Notes: generated from the letters alone by a model not told the origin. DNA of 64,000 nt from Candidatus Pacearchaeota archaeon (GCA_018304025.1 JAGVXA010000004.1:9719-73718), one strand, 5' to 3'; positions 37,671 through 49,669 are shown, counted from the stretch's first letter. Made by a program: numbers and translations.

Positions 37671-39861
37671 ACAGCAATTAACCGCAACAGTTTTAGAATA
37701 TCCGAAAGTTTTAATCAATGAATTCACAGTAGACCCGCAGACAGACTGGGACGGAAGCGGCTCAGCAACTACGTCAGACGAATGGGTGGAATTATACAAC
37801 ACCCAGCCAATCCCAATTGATTTAACCAGCTGGACTTTAGTCCTCAACGATTCAACAGACGAATTCGAATCCCTAATAGGAATTATTCCGCCATATAGTT
37901 ATTTAGTTATCTATCCAGACGGATCCCAAAATAACGACGGGCAATTGCTTCTTTACGACAATTCAAGCATTCTTATCGACGCAGTAGCATACGGAGACTG
38001 GGACGACGGAAACACAGCAGACAACGCGCCGGATGGAAACGCAAATAACATTACAAACGAATGTCTCTCAAGATTGCCGAATGCAAAAGACACAAACACA
38101 GACAATACTGATTTTACAAAATTAACTTGCACTTACGAACAGTCCAATAATGCCTGGAACATGACTCTCATCCCAGTTGTCATAACAGATATTCCTTCAA
38201 TTCCTTTCTGCCTCTTGGAAACAGACAGCTTAATAGTTTCAGCAAACATAACAGGCAGCATAAAAAAAATCTCTCTCTCTTATAGCACGGGCGGAGCTTG
38301 GAAAGAAATTTCTCTCCCCGGAAATACCGAAGGAATTTATTCAGCAGCAATACCCTCTTCAGAATTAAATGGCAAATCAACGGTCTCTTGGAAATTTGTT
38401 GTCGAAAACATCGCCGGAGATTTAACCTACGGAACAGAGCAAAGCAAAAGCATTGCTAAAAGAACTCTCCTCTCAATCTCCCCATCACAGCCAGATGGAC
38501 AAAACAACTGGTACATCACCGAACCGACTTTCACTTTGGAAAATCCTGACGCATCAATTATAGAATACAGATGGAATGGAAACTTTTTCATATACTCAAA
38601 ACCATTCAAACTCGAAGGCACGCCAAACAACGCAAGCCTCACTGGCGGAATCAGCATGCTAAAATATTGGAGTGATGTTTGTTCAGGAGAGCCAGAACAA
38701 AATCAAACATTTCATTTTGATTTCACAAGCCCAATAATAGAACAAACATCTCCAACAGGGCAGATAACAAAACTAAAACCTACGATAAGCGCGTACATCG
38801 ATGAAAAATATTCGCAAAACTCAGGAATTAATATCTCAAAAATAACAATAAAATTAGACAACGCCGACGTAACCAAAGACGCTGTAATCTCTCCGATAGA
38901 CGCGATCGACGCAGCAATAACTTATTCTCCGGTGGAAAACTTGTCAGTTGGCCAGCACGAAGTAACAATCAGCGCAGAAGACAAGGCAGGAAGAAACTCG
39001 CAATTAACTTGGACATTTGAAATTGTAAAAAGCTTCACGCTAAAATTAGCAGTTGACTATCCTGAATCAAAAGATTACAACATCAAAAGAATTCCGTTCA
39101 ATCTGACAACTTCAGAACAATCAAGAAAAATAGAATACATAAATTACGCAGACAACAAGCCAAGATGGCAGACGCTCTGTTCAAACTGCGACAGCTACGG
39201 CGCCGAAAAAATAAAAACCAAAATCCTCAAAGAAGGATGGAACAATCTGACAATTAGAGCAATAGGAGAATTTAGCACGGACGAAAAAAATATTTCAATA
39301 TTCATCGACTCAAAAGCGCCGGTAATATCAAAAACAGAACCAGCCAGAAATAAAATAATCAACGGCTCTTTCTTCCGGGTAAAATACACAGAAGAAAATC
39401 CTGCAAATATAAAATTATTCTGGAATCCAAACATAACCTTGCAAAATTGCACATCAGGAAGAAACCAAGTCTGTTCTACTTCAATAAATCTCTCTAACTT
39501 TGATGACCAATTGATTGATTATTATTTTGAAATCTCCGACGGAATAAACACAGTAAAGTCAAAAACTAATAAAGTTTTTGTTGACACAACTTCTCCCCGA
39601 TTAGCAATTAACCTTCCACAAAACGAAACAGTTTACAGAAGCAAGGTTCCATTCAACCTCACAGTTTCAGAAAAAGCAGAAATTGAATACTTCGATATTT
39701 CATCAGGAGCAAAATGGATAAAGCTCTGTTCAAACTGCGACAGCTACGGCGCCGAGAAAATAAAATACAAAAGATTCAGCAGGGGAAATCACAACATTCT
39801 AATCAGCGCAACAGACAAGGCTGGAAACTCCGACGTCAAACAGGTTTTTTTCACAGCTTAA
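37603..39861 (+). CDS. secreted lamin-tail-domain + Ig-like repeat protein
   Basis: VLINEF...DEWVELYN...IDLTSWTL...IDAVAYG; W.TLCSNCDSYG twice; DKAGN. Confidence 0.82.
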   Translation: MKKYFLALAGILLITTVFAVLVEQQLTATVLEYPKVLINEFTVDPQTDWDGSGSATTSDEWVELYNTQPIPIDLTSWTLVLNDSTDEFESLIGIIPPYSYLVIYPDGSQNNDGQLLLYDNSSILIDAVAYGDWDDGNTADNAPDGNANNITNECLSRLPNAKDTNTDNTDFTKLTCTYEQSNNAWNMTLIPVVITDIPSIPFCLLETDSLIVSANITGSIKKISLSYSTGGAWKEISLPGNTEGIYSAAIPSSELNGKSTVSWKFVVENIAGDLTYGTEQSKSIAKRTLLSISPSQPDGQNNWYITEPTFTLENPDASIIEYRWNGNFFIYSKPFKLEGTPNNASLTGGISMLKYWSDVCSGEPEQNQTFHFDFTSPIIEQTSPTGQITKLKPTISAYIDEKYSQNSGINISKITIKLDNADVTKDAVISPIDAIDAAITYSPVENLSVGQHEVTISAEDKAGRNSQLTWTFEIVKSFTLKLAVDYPESKDYNIKRIPFNLTTSEQSRKIEYINYADNKPRWQTLCSNCDSYGAEKIKTKILKEGWNNLTIRAIGEFSTDEKNISIFIDSKAPVISKTEPARNKIINGSFFRVKYTEENPANIKLFWNPNITLQNCTSGRNQVCSTSINLSNFDDQLIDYYFEISDGINTVKSKTNKVFVDTTSPRLAINLPQNETVYRSKVPFNLTVSEKAEIEYFDISSGAKWIKLCSNCDSYGAEKIKYKRFSRGNHNILISATDKAGNSDVKQVFFTA

Positions 39862-39961
39862 ATTTTAATAATAGTAGACGAGTCCGATTAACTTGAACAA
39901 AATTTGAGTTATATTTTGTAAGATATATATTATTTAAAATTAAACAAAATTACTTCATTTT

Positions 39962-40405
39962 ATGATAATTCAAGTTTTTTTGTTGATTTTCATAAATATT
40001 TTCATAATTCTAATACTAGGTATAAACTGGAGAAAAATTAGAAATTTTTTTGTTGAAGAAACATATACTTATTTTGAAGTTGTTTTTATAGCCCTATATT
40101 TTTTAGAACAAGCAGCGTTCATAGGGCTATCTTATTTCTATGAAGAGTATAACACTCTTTTAGTAGGCTTCTTCGCACTCGTTGTTTTGACGACAGTTGC
40201 CCTCAACAAATTGATGATGGAAAGTAAAAACAGAAGACTAGCTCAGAAAATCAATCAACTCGTCGATAAATCCTTAGAGAAGTTTGTTTCTGCAATAGAA
40301 CAATATGAAAAATTGATGGACGAAGTTAGAATAAATGTAGAAGAGCTTGAGCAGGAAAATAGAGCATTAAGAAATTTTATAAAAAAGAACAGAAAAAATT
40401 TGTAA
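39962..40405 (+). CDS. membrane protein with C-terminal coiled coil
   Basis: 3 TM helices then a heptad-rich tail; AT-rich. Confidence 0.7.
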   Translation: MIIQVFLLIFINIFIILILGINWRKIRNFFVEETYTYFEVVFIALYFLEQAAFIGLSYFYEEYNTLLVGFFALVVLTTVALNKLMMESKNRRLAQKINQLVDKSLEKFVSAIEQYEKLMDEVRINVEELEQENRALRNFIKKNRKNL

Positions 40406-40407
40406 TA

Positions 40408-40575
40408 TTAAATTAATAATCTTATCTTATTGTGTATCTCTAAAACTTCTTTTTCTATTTTATTTACATTTGCTCTTGCACGAGTCATGCTCGAATTCGT
40501 CTCTTTGCTGTAATTTTTATCATTCTCTAAAATTTCTTTTATTTCAATATTCCTTTTAGAAATTTTTTTTGTCAT
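40408..40575 (-). CDS. small basic hypothetical protein
   Basis: ATG 40575 with gagg RBS; convergent with the previous gene. Confidence 0.45.
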   Translation of the reverse strand: MTKKISKRNIEIKEILENDKNYSKETNSSMTRARANVNKIEKEVLEIHNKIRLLI

Positions 40576-40758
40576 AAATAATTCAGCCTCTTTTTGTATA
40601 TAAAATCTTGTGCAGTAAAGTATATAAATTAATCGTTCTATTGTAAGTAAAATAAAGCGATGCATTCTTCTTGCCGCCAAAGATTCTTTCACCAACTAAT
40701 TTTTCATCAAAAAAAAGTAGTCACGAACATTTAAATAGAAAACCATTTTTTACCCGCT

Positions 40759-42195
40759 ATGAAAAAAAGTGGTGTCGTCATAACAGCTATTCTATCAATA
40801 TTTCTTCTTGTTTCCCTCGCATCAGCAGCAGACGTTGCTTATCTTTACAAAAAAAATTCTCAGGTGGACGATAATGTCCTTGCTGTTTTCAACGAGCTTT
40901 CTCTGACAGTTGATCTAATCCAGGAAAACTCTCTCCCAAATAATTTCAATTCCTACAAATTAATTTATGTCGGAAAAGAAAATTATAGAAACAATGAAAA
41001 CTTTCCAGTTAACAATTATCCTTCTGTAATCTCAAATCGCAACCCTTCAAAGTCATGGGGCTTGACAGACAGCAACGGAGTCAGCCAGATGGGTTCAACA
41101 TCTCCTTTAAGCGTAGTAGTCAACTCAAACTCGCTTGCAGTTTATACGCAGGGGCTAAAAGAAAACAAAGTCGCAGTCTCCTATTATTATCTAGGTAAAG
41201 ACAGCAAAGCGCAATCATTGCAGCAAATCGCAGCAACAAAAACAACTTCATCAGGAGTCAAATTTGGCGACGTTGTTTCCTACGCTGAAGCAGGAGCGCA
41301 ATTGCTCAACGGAAAAACACAAAAGAAAAACCTATGTTTCTTCGGAATAGTCGAATCAGACTACTGGACGCCAGAAGCAAAAAACTTGTTCAAGGAATGC
41401 ATTAATTTTGCCGTCGGCACTGTTCAGCCAGCTCCAGAATGCACAAATAACACAGAGTGCCCAGCAGAACAATTATCACAGCCGTTCTGCCAAAATAATA
41501 ATGTTTACAAAACAAAAACAACGAGCTCTTGCGTAGAAAACAAATGCGTTCCTTCCGGAGAAAATGTTTCCGTTGAGACATGCTTGTTCGGCTGTGAATC
41601 AGGCGCATGCAAGCCAGCTCCAACACCAATAGAAGAATGCAACGCAACCAAAATCTGCAATTCAACATTTTCAGAGCCGTTCTGCCAAAATAATAATGTT
41701 TACAAAACACAATTCAATTCCTCTTGCGTAGCAGGACAATGCGTCGCATCATCAAATCAAAGCATCCTAATAACAGTATGCCCTTACGGCTGTTCGCAAG
41801 CCCAATGCCTTCAACCAGAAATTCACGACGTCGCATTAATCGACTTCGCAAACTCCACAAATAAAATCCGTATCAAAGACGCAGCAGGAATAATTATTTC
41901 AAACAACCAGTTGCAATGCAATTCAAAATACAAGTTTGAAATAAGCGCCGAGAACAAAGGAAACTTCACAGAGGATGTTTCTTTCGCAGGCTCAATCGGC
42001 TCCCTCGAATTAAATCACAATTCAATCTCAAACTTTTCAGCCGGAGAAAAAACAACAACACCAAAGTCAAAGACAATAAACATGACTCTCACAGAAGGAT
42101 ATTACAACATCTCAATCGAAGCAATCCTTGACGGATTCACAGACGCAAACCCATCGAACAATAAAGCTCTAAGAGAAATTTTTGTTTCTTGTTAA
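40759..42195 (+). CDS. secreted Cys-rich surface protein (ADVAY N-domain + Cys repeats + CARDB-like C-domain)
   Basis: ASA|ADVAYLY; PFCQNNNVYK twice; HDVAL...DANPSNN. Confidence 0.8.
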   Translation: MKKSGVVITAILSIFLLVSLASAADVAYLYKKNSQVDDNVLAVFNELSLTVDLIQENSLPNNFNSYKLIYVGKENYRNNENFPVNNYPSVISNRNPSKSWGLTDSNGVSQMGSTSPLSVVVNSNSLAVYTQGLKENKVAVSYYYLGKDSKAQSLQQIAATKTTSSGVKFGDVVSYAEAGAQLLNGKTQKKNLCFFGIVESDYWTPEAKNLFKECINFAVGTVQPAPECTNNTECPAEQLSQPFCQNNNVYKTKTTSSCVENKCVPSGENVSVETCLFGCESGACKPAPTPIEECNATKICNSTFSEPFCQNNNVYKTQFNSSCVAGQCVASSNQSILITVCPYGCSQAQCLQPEIHDVALIDFANSTNKIRIKDAAGIIISNNQLQCNSKYKFEISAENKGNFTEDVSFAGSIGSLELNHNSISNFSAGEKTTTPKSKTINMTLTEGYYNISIEAILDGFTDANPSNNKALREIFVSC

Positions 42196-42204
42196 TAAAA
42201 TTAA

Positions 42205-42699
42205 TTATTTGCTTGCTTCAATAGGTTCTATTTCTCTATTAAAGTTTATTCTTCTGTGTTCTGTCCTTTCTTGAGTTAGAAATGCACATAAATTATCTGT
42301 AATTATATGAACTTTTGCCGTATTTATTTCTGAATAATGATCTCTTAACAGAATCCCTCGCTTTGCTCTCCAGTCTCCTTGAGTAAATCCTGGCATTGTT
42401 CCGTCATAACGATATAACTTACAGTGGGGGAAAAAATATTCTCCAAACTTTCCGCTAATTCCTCCCTCTTCATTATTCCACTTCCAACGCGGATTATAAA
42501 ATTCATTTGCATTAAACCTCGTCATCCAATTATTTTCTAATTCATCAATAAACCAAATTCTATACTCTTTAACATCTTGAATATCAGGACGAGGAATTTC
42601 AACAAAAGTCATGCTATGCATATCAATTAATTCCTCTGCCCTTTTACTAATTTTTTCCATTTGTTCTTGAATTCTTGCTAAGACATCTTCTTCTGCCAT
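42205..42699 (-). CDS. hypothetical protein
   Basis: Open ORF with tttatata TATA upstream of MAEEDV. Confidence 0.65.
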   Translation of the reverse strand: MAEEDVLARIQEQMEKISKRAEELIDMHSMTFVEIPRPDIQDVKEYRIWFIDELENNWMTRFNANEFYNPRWKWNNEEGGISGKFGEYFFPHCKLYRYDGTMPGFTQGDWRAKRGILLRDHYSEINTAKVHIITDNLCAFLTQERTEHRRINFNREIEPIEASK

Positions 42700-42863
42700 G
42701 AAAAGTTTAGCAATTTCATAGATATATAAATATTTCTTCCCCATCTGTCAAAAAATCTTTTTTCCGTCGGCATTAGGCAATGTAATCCATAAACCATAAA
42801 TTACGCATTCATTAATTCCAAGTGGTAACCAACATTTAAATACAAAATCTATTTTTCCAAGTC

Positions 42864-43781
42864 ATGAAAAAAAGAGTGCTCATAATATCTGTTTTGTGTC
42901 TCGTCATGTCTTGTCTTTTTGTTTCCGCCCTGGAAATAATTTCGCCGGAAGATGAGCAATGGTATGACTCTCGTTCTGTGATGTTCAGCTTAAAATCCGA
43001 CAACCCCAGCGATTTTTTTTATGTCAAAGAGCCGGCACTCAGAGAAAGATGGTCTAAACTTTGCAGCAATGTTAAATCCTGCGAAAAGTTAGTAAAGCTT
43101 CAGGAAGGGAAAAACAATGTCGCAGTGAAATCAGACGGCGTGGTGGTAAGCGAAATGGACTACCAGGAAATAATTGTATACGTTGATTCTAAAAAGCCAA
43201 TTATAAAAAAGATATGGCACCAAAGAAATTCCCTTCTTCAAGAGGAAGAATTTGGAATCGATTTCGAGGAAAAAAATTTAGATGAGGTTCTTTTGCAGTA
43301 TGGCTCAAATGAAGCAGAAATGAACTCAAATGAAATCTCTGCTGATACAAACTCAGACTGCGAAAGCACAGGCGAAGATAATCAGAGATGTGTCTTCCGC
43401 GTGCCTGGCAGCATGGCAAATTACGAAGGGGAAAAAATAAAATACCGAATCATAGTCGCAGACAAGGCAGTCAACGAAGCTTCAAAAACAGAATTTTTCG
43501 AAGTTGATCAGACAGCTCCGGAAATAAAATTCTCCGATTATGTCGTCAGGCAAAGAACAGTTGATTTTGTTCTTGACATCTTCGAAAAAAACTTTCAGGA
43601 AGTTTATTATACCGACGATAACGATGCAGCAGGCACAAAAAGAAGAATATGCAGCGTGCTAAAGTACGGCAGATGTTTCAAGACAAAAACCTTTGGCCCC
43701 GGTGATTACGCTTTCACGATTCACGTAGTAGACAAGGCAGGCAACGAAGCAGTTGAATCCTTGGACATTTCAACACGTTAA
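42864..43781 (+). CDS. secreted Ig-like repeat protein (family of the 8196 and 37603 genes)
   Basis: WSKLCSNVKSC, VDSKKP, DKAVN/DKAGN. Confidence 0.8.
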   Translation: MKKRVLIISVLCLVMSCLFVSALEIISPEDEQWYDSRSVMFSLKSDNPSDFFYVKEPALRERWSKLCSNVKSCEKLVKLQEGKNNVAVKSDGVVVSEMDYQEIIVYVDSKKPIIKKIWHQRNSLLQEEEFGIDFEEKNLDEVLLQYGSNEAEMNSNEISADTNSDCESTGEDNQRCVFRVPGSMANYEGEKIKYRIIVADKAVNEASKTEFFEVDQTAPEIKFSDYVVRQRTVDFVLDIFEKNFQEVYYTDDNDAAGTKRRICSVLKYGRCFKTKTFGPGDYAFTIHVVDKAGNEAVESLDISTR

Positions 43782-43846
43782 TCTTTTCCTTCACCAAACA
43801 AAAGTAGTAAGATGCATTTAAATAAAAAACAATCCCTTGATTTTCC

Positions 43847-46688
43847 ATGAAAAAGAGAACGCAGCTGTTCGCAGTATCTTTCACACTTCTAATTTTAACA
43901 TCTGCCATCGCGTCAGCAGGAGACGTCGCATATCTTTACAGAAAAACATTTCAAATAGACAAGAATATAATTGATGTTTTCGAAGAGCTCGGTTTGACAG
44001 TTGATTATATTCAGGAAAAAAATCAGCCGTCAAGTTACAGCGGATACAGATTAATTTTTGTTGGAGACGAAAACTTCAGGGCAAATATTCCAGTTAACAA
44101 TTACCCTTCTGTAATCGTAAGCTACTACGACGCAGAAAGATGGGGATTGACAGACGAGGAAGGAATCAGCCAGATGGGAGCAAACGCCCCTATGAGTGTT
44201 GTAATAAACAGCCATCAAACTCAAGTTTATACGCAGGCATTAATTCAAGAGACAGTTGCAGTTCCTTATTATTATCTTGACATCGAGGACAAAACACCTG
44301 GAATGCAGCAGGTAGCGGCAACAGAAACAACAGAATCTGGATTCAAAATTGGCGACGTGATTTCTTACGCGCCCATCGGAACCCAGATGTCAAATGGAAA
44401 AACACAGCAGGCAGAACTCTGCTTTTTCGGGATAGTCGAATCAGATTACTGGACACCTGCAGCAAAAGAGTTGTTCGTCGATTGCGTGAATTACGTGGCA
44501 GCAGAATGTTCGCAGGACTCAGACTGCCCGGCGCCAACAACCTCCGCGCCGTTTTGCGTCGGAAATGACGTTTACTTTACGCAATATTCAAACACTTGTG
44601 AAAACACTTTGCTGGCGCGCTGCGTTGCGCACGAGCAGGATATATTCAGCAAAACCTGCCCTTACAGCTGCCTTGACGGGCAATGCGCAGGCGAATGCAA
44701 CAACAACGCAGACTGCGACGACAGCAACTCTTCAACAGAAGACATCTGCCATAATCCTCAAACACCCCAATCATTTTGCACTAACGAACCAATAGAATGT
44801 TCTTATAATTCAGACTGCGGAACAGACGGACTAATCAACCAACCAACTTGCTCAGGACTAAATGTCGTTCAAGATTACAAAACATTTACTTGCAATAATC
44901 CTGGCACAGCACAATCATCCTGCTCTTCTTCAATCTCACAGCAAATCTTAGAAACATGCTCAGACATTTGCGTTAATGGAGAATGCAAAGATATAGAATG
45001 CTACAACAACGCAGATTGCGGCACAGACGGATTAATTGGAGAATTATTTTGCACCGGAGACAACGTATTCCGGAATTTCAAAACATTTACTTGCAATAAT
45101 CCTGGCACACCCGAATCTTCTTGCTCTTCTTCAATCTCTCCGCAATTAATCCAGACTTGCCAAGAGACTTGTCTTGAAGGAATCTGCGTCGATATAGAAT
45201 GCAACAACAACGCAGATTGCGGCACAGACGGACTAATCAACCAGCCAACTTGCTCAGGACTAAATGTCGTTCAAGATTACAAAACATTTACCTGCCACAA
45301 CCCAGCAACACCGTCGTCATCCTGCTCTTCCTCAATCACACAGCAAATCTTAGAAACATGCTCAGACATTTGCGTCAATGGTGCATGCCATGACGTAGAA
45401 TGTGATGAAAACTCAGACTGCAACGACGCAAATCCTTTAACGCTGGACGAATGCATCAACCCTGGAACAATAATAAGCGACTGCAGAAACACTCCGATTA
45501 ATTGCAACAACAATTTGGACTGCGGATTCACAGGATTTTTCGGAAATGAATTCTGCTCTAACGACGACATCGTAAAAAATTATCAGCTTGCAGTTTGCCA
45601 CAACCCAAACACTTTGAGTTCATCATGTGATTTGCAAATCTCGCAAGAGACAATCCTCTCTTGCCCATACGCATGCCACGACGCAGCGTGCATTAGATGC
45701 GACGGAAACTCAGACTGCAACGACCAAGATTCAGACACATTAGACATCTGCCGCAATCCAGGTGAATTAAACTCGTACTGTGAAAATCAAAACACAACTC
45801 CGCAAAACATAGACTGCTACACCAACGCAGACTGCGGAACAAACTCCCCAGTCAGCCAATTATTCTGCTCGCTCAACAACGTAAATCAATTATTCCTGAC
45901 ATGGACTTGCAATAATCCTGCGACAATTCAATCATACTGTTCATCAAGCTTCCAGCAGCAAATAATCCAAACCTGCCCAGACATCTGCCAAAACGGGCAG
46001 TGCATCGGAATTACTTGTTACAACAACGCAGACTGCGGAACAGACGGACTAATCAACCAACCAACTTGCTCAGGATTAAATATCGTCCAGGATTACAAAA
46101 CATTTACCTGCCACAACCCAGCAACACCGTCGTCATCCTGCTCTTCCTCAATCTCTCCGCAGTTAATTCAAATTTGCAGTTATGCGTGCGCAGGAGGAAG
46201 TTGTATAGGACAATGCATTCCAGGACAAACTCAGCAATGCGGAAATTCAAATGTCGGAGAATGCGAGTTCGGAACAAAGACATGTAATTCTTACGGTTCT
46301 TGGAACAGCGAATGCGTCGGTGAAGTTTTGCCTTCAAATGAAATCTGCGACGGAAAAGACAACGACGCCTGTCTGTTCAAACGAATGCTCTTCATCAGGA
46401 ACAAGTCAATGTTACGGCGCAGGTTACAGAGTTTGCGGAAACTTCGACGCTGATTCATGTCTTGAATGGTCTTCGGTAACAACATGTAATTACGGCTGCG
46501 CAAATGGAAATTGCAATCCACAACCCCCAATTACTTGCACAAATGAATGCTCTTTCACAGGCCAAAGGCAATGCACAAGCGCAGGTTACAGAATCTGCGG
46601 AAACTTCGACGCTGATTCATGTTTAGATTGGTCTCTGATAACTCAATGCGGTTTAGGAGCCGCGTGCACTTCAGGATACTGCGTTTAA
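43847..46688 (+). CDS. secreted Cys-rich repeat protein, frameshifted near 46368
   Basis: ASA|GDVAYLY domain; multiple ~70-aa ECxxNADCGTDG...TCxNP...CSSS repeats; after EICDGKDND the homologous tail (CSNEC...GYRVCGNFDADSCL) continues in another frame to TAA 46688. Confidence 0.8.
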
Positions 46689-46763
46689 TTTGCTACTCAT
46701 GAAGATGACATTTTGCCAACAAAATTTAAAAACCTCTTGCAATCCTAATTGTTACTCCAAAAA

Positions 46764-48428
46764 ATGACACCAAATCTAAGCGATAACAAAAAAGCACAAT
46801 CTTCAATTCTGGTATTTTTATTTATACTCATTTTATTTCTGCTTGCAAGTGCTGCTCTCGTCTTTTTATTATTCTCTTATTCTCCTTCAACTGTAAAAAA
46901 AGAAATCACTAATTCAAATTACAATGAAATTGAACAAGACGCAGTTTTCATTCCAATAAGCAAAGATATAATAGACACAGACGAGGACAGCGTGGAAGAC
47001 ATCGAGGATAACTGCCCGCTCCATTTTAATCCGTTCCAAGAGGACAAAGACGAAGACGGAAAAGGAGACGCCTGCGACGTCTCAAGGTCAAATAGAAACA
47101 GTCACGACGATGACGACGAAATAGAGTGTTCTTCTAATTCAGACTGCGGCACAGGCGCATTAACAGGAAATAGATTTTGCCAATCAGGCGACGTCTATCA
47201 AAATTTCAAAAATCACACTTGCAATAATCCCGGTAAAACATCTTCATCCTGCTCTTCTTCAACAACCCCTAAATTAATTCAAGATTGTATCTTCGGATGC
47301 GCTAACGGAACTTGCATTGTTCCGGCTTGCAGCACAAACACAGACTGCGACGACAGCAATAATTACACAGAAGACATCTGCAAAAATCCAGGCACATCTC
47401 AAAGCTATTGCGAGCACAATCCTATTGCTTGTTTGAAAAATATGGACTGCGGATTTAACGAATTAATCGGCAATTTATTTTGTTCTTCAAATAATTTAAA
47501 TGTGTTGCAATTATTCCAGTCTTGGATTTGTCTTTCTCCGGGCACAGCGCAATCCTCTTGCTCTTCTTCAACAACTCCCCAAATAATCCAAACATGCTCA
47601 GACATTTGCGTTAATGGAGAATGCAAAGATATAGAATGTTACAACAACGCAGATTGCGGCACAGACGGATTAATCAACCAGCCAACTTGCTCAGGACTAA
47701 ATGTCGTTCAAGATTTTAAAATATTCCGTTGCAATAATCCTGGAACTCCGCAATCATCTTGTTCTTTCTCGCTCTGCCAGGAAATCCAGCAGTTATGTTC
47801 AGATGCTTGCATTGCAGGAATTTGCGCCGATATAGAATGTTATAACAACGCAGATTGCAATGACGCAAATCTTCTAACAGAAGACATTTGCCACAATCCA
47901 GCAACACCAGAATCTTACTGCACCAACGAATTAATATCAGAATGTATTCCAGGACAAACTCAGCAATGTGGAACTTCTAATATTGGAGAATGCGATTTCG
48001 GAACAAAGACATGTAATTCTTACGGTTCTTGGAACAGCGAATGCGTCGGTGAAGTTTTGCCTTCAAATGAAATCTGCGACGGAAAAGACAACGACGGGCA
48101 AGTTTGTTATTCAGGAACAGGACAATGCAGAAAAGCTGGAAACTTTGTTTGTTCATCAAATGGATTAACAACAAATTGTAATGCGGTTGCTGGAACACCA
48201 ACAGCAGAAATCTGCGACGGAAAAGACAACGACTGCGACGGTTCAACAGACGAAAATAATGTCTGCGCATCTGGATGTACAAGCGAATGTCCAGTATTTG
48301 AAGCAAGACAATGCACAAGTGGCGGTTACAGAGTCTGCGGAAACTTCGACACTGATTCATGCCTTGATTGGTCTCTGATAACTCAATGCGGCTTGGGTTC
48401 AACATGCTCAGGAGGCTACTGTGTTTAA
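46764..48428 (+). CDS. class III-signal Cys-rich adhesin-like protein with thrombospondin type 3 and MopE-like motifs
   Basis: KKA|QSSILVFL; DTDEDSVEDIEDNCP..NP.QEDKDEDGKGDACD; EICDGKDNDCDGSTDE; same repeats as the upstream gene. Confidence 0.82.
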   Translation: MTPNLSDNKKAQSSILVFLFILILFLLASAALVFLLFSYSPSTVKKEITNSNYNEIEQDAVFIPISKDIIDTDEDSVEDIEDNCPLHFNPFQEDKDEDGKGDACDVSRSNRNSHDDDDEIECSSNSDCGTGALTGNRFCQSGDVYQNFKNHTCNNPGKTSSSCSSSTTPKLIQDCIFGCANGTCIVPACSTNTDCDDSNNYTEDICKNPGTSQSYCEHNPIACLKNMDCGFNELIGNLFCSSNNLNVLQLFQSWICLSPGTAQSSCSSSTTPQIIQTCSDICVNGECKDIECYNNADCGTDGLINQPTCSGLNVVQDFKIFRCNNPGTPQSSCSFSLCQEIQQLCSDACIAGICADIECYNNADCNDANLLTEDICHNPATPESYCTNELISECIPGQTQQCGTSNIGECDFGTKTCNSYGSWNSECVGEVLPSNEICDGKDNDGQVCYSGTGQCRKAGNFVCSSNGLTTNCNAVAGTPTAEICDGKDNDCDGSTDENNVCASGCTSECPVFEARQCTSGGYRVCGNFDTDSCLDWSLITQCGLGSTCSGGYCV

Positions 48429-48518
48429 TCTTAATTTTTTACTAACACCGGGTAGAAACAAAAAACCCCTCTCGCAAGACATAAATGTTTATAACTTAAA
48501 TTCAGCTCAAAAAATAAA

Positions 48519-49574
48519 ATGAAAAACCCAGCAAAAACAATACGCGGAAGAATTTTAGGAACTGCAGCAAGTATCGCATCTCTAGTTATGCCAGGCTGCG
48601 CCCCGCAAGAAAATTATGCCCCTGAATTTTATCTTGAAGATAACGCTGGAAATCCTGTCGCAGCAATTACAGGAGCAAAAGCAGAAGAATACGGCGTCGA
48701 CGAAGTTTACGAAGCTTCATTAGACAAATTCCCGCTTGTTGTAAGAGCTGAAGATTCTGACGGCCCAGAATTAATCGGACATGTTGAGCCATATCAAACC
48801 AATCCTCCAGCAAATCTCGGAACAGAAGTTTCAAGACTGAATAGCGGAGAAGGAAGTTTGGAATGGCTTCTTCAAGCAAATCAAACAGGCCCAGTTGCCG
48901 ACGGAGAAAGACAAATTGCAGGCGCATGGGCATCTGACAGATATAACGGCTCGCGTCCTTCAATCGGAATTGGCGCAGTAGTTTGCGGAGTAGGCGTTTT
49001 CTATAATCTCGGAGATCCTCTGCCTCCAAAAAGAAAAACAGTTGCAGTAATTACAAATATTAACAACCACGAAATTCCTAAACCTTGGGAAGACGGCGAC
49101 GGAAAATGCGACGCGAATTTAGGCGAGCCCTATTCTTCAACAGACTGTTCTCCAACAACAGACGAACTTGTTAAATCAGGGCATATAAAATCTTATTTTG
49201 TCAACGAGCAAGGAGAAAGAATAGACACTGTTACAACAAACCCCGCAACACTTAGAATCTGGGTTTCTAACCAGCTAGATAATAGAAAAGCAGCATGGCC
49301 AACCATAGTTGACCCTCAAGAAAATGGACAGAGTGACTGCATCGATATCAGGAATAATTATTCGCAGCCCCAGCTCAAGGGCTCTGCAACTTATAATAAT
49401 TTATCCGGAGTAGCTTATGACACAAGAATAATTTTCAATGTTGCTCCAAATTGCAGGCAAGATGAAGTTGCAGGATTTGCAGTTTCTTTAACAACAAAAG
49501 ATGGTGACGTTATCTATCCAGTAATTGGCTCGGGCTTTGTTCCTCGTACTCTTCCTCCATACTCACAAGATTAA
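48519..49574 (+). CDS. putative lipoprotein
   Basis: Basic N-terminus + hydrophobic stretch + LVMPG|C lipobox-like; GDGKCD Cys motif. Confidence 0.7.
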   Translation: MKNPAKTIRGRILGTAASIASLVMPGCAPQENYAPEFYLEDNAGNPVAAITGAKAEEYGVDEVYEASLDKFPLVVRAEDSDGPELIGHVEPYQTNPPANLGTEVSRLNSGEGSLEWLLQANQTGPVADGERQIAGAWASDRYNGSRPSIGIGAVVCGVGVFYNLGDPLPPKRKTVAVITNINNHEIPKPWEDGDGKCDANLGEPYSSTDCSPTTDELVKSGHIKSYFVNEQGERIDTVTTNPATLRIWVSNQLDNRKAAWPTIVDPQENGQSDCIDIRNNYSQPQLKGSATYNNLSGVAYDTRIIFNVAPNCRQDEVAGFAVSLTTKDGDVIYPVIGSGFVPRTLPPYSQD

Positions 49575-49669
49575 TCCTGTCACTTTGAATAGTAGATACA
49601 CACCTTTATTCTGCAAAGCATATATAACATTACATTATTGTTTATAAACAAAATAACTCCCACTTAAAC

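Noticed and set aside
43847..48428. Diversity-generating retroelement TR/VR pair
   Set aside because: No reverse transcriptase in the window; differences between repeats are largely synonymous and not adenine-specific
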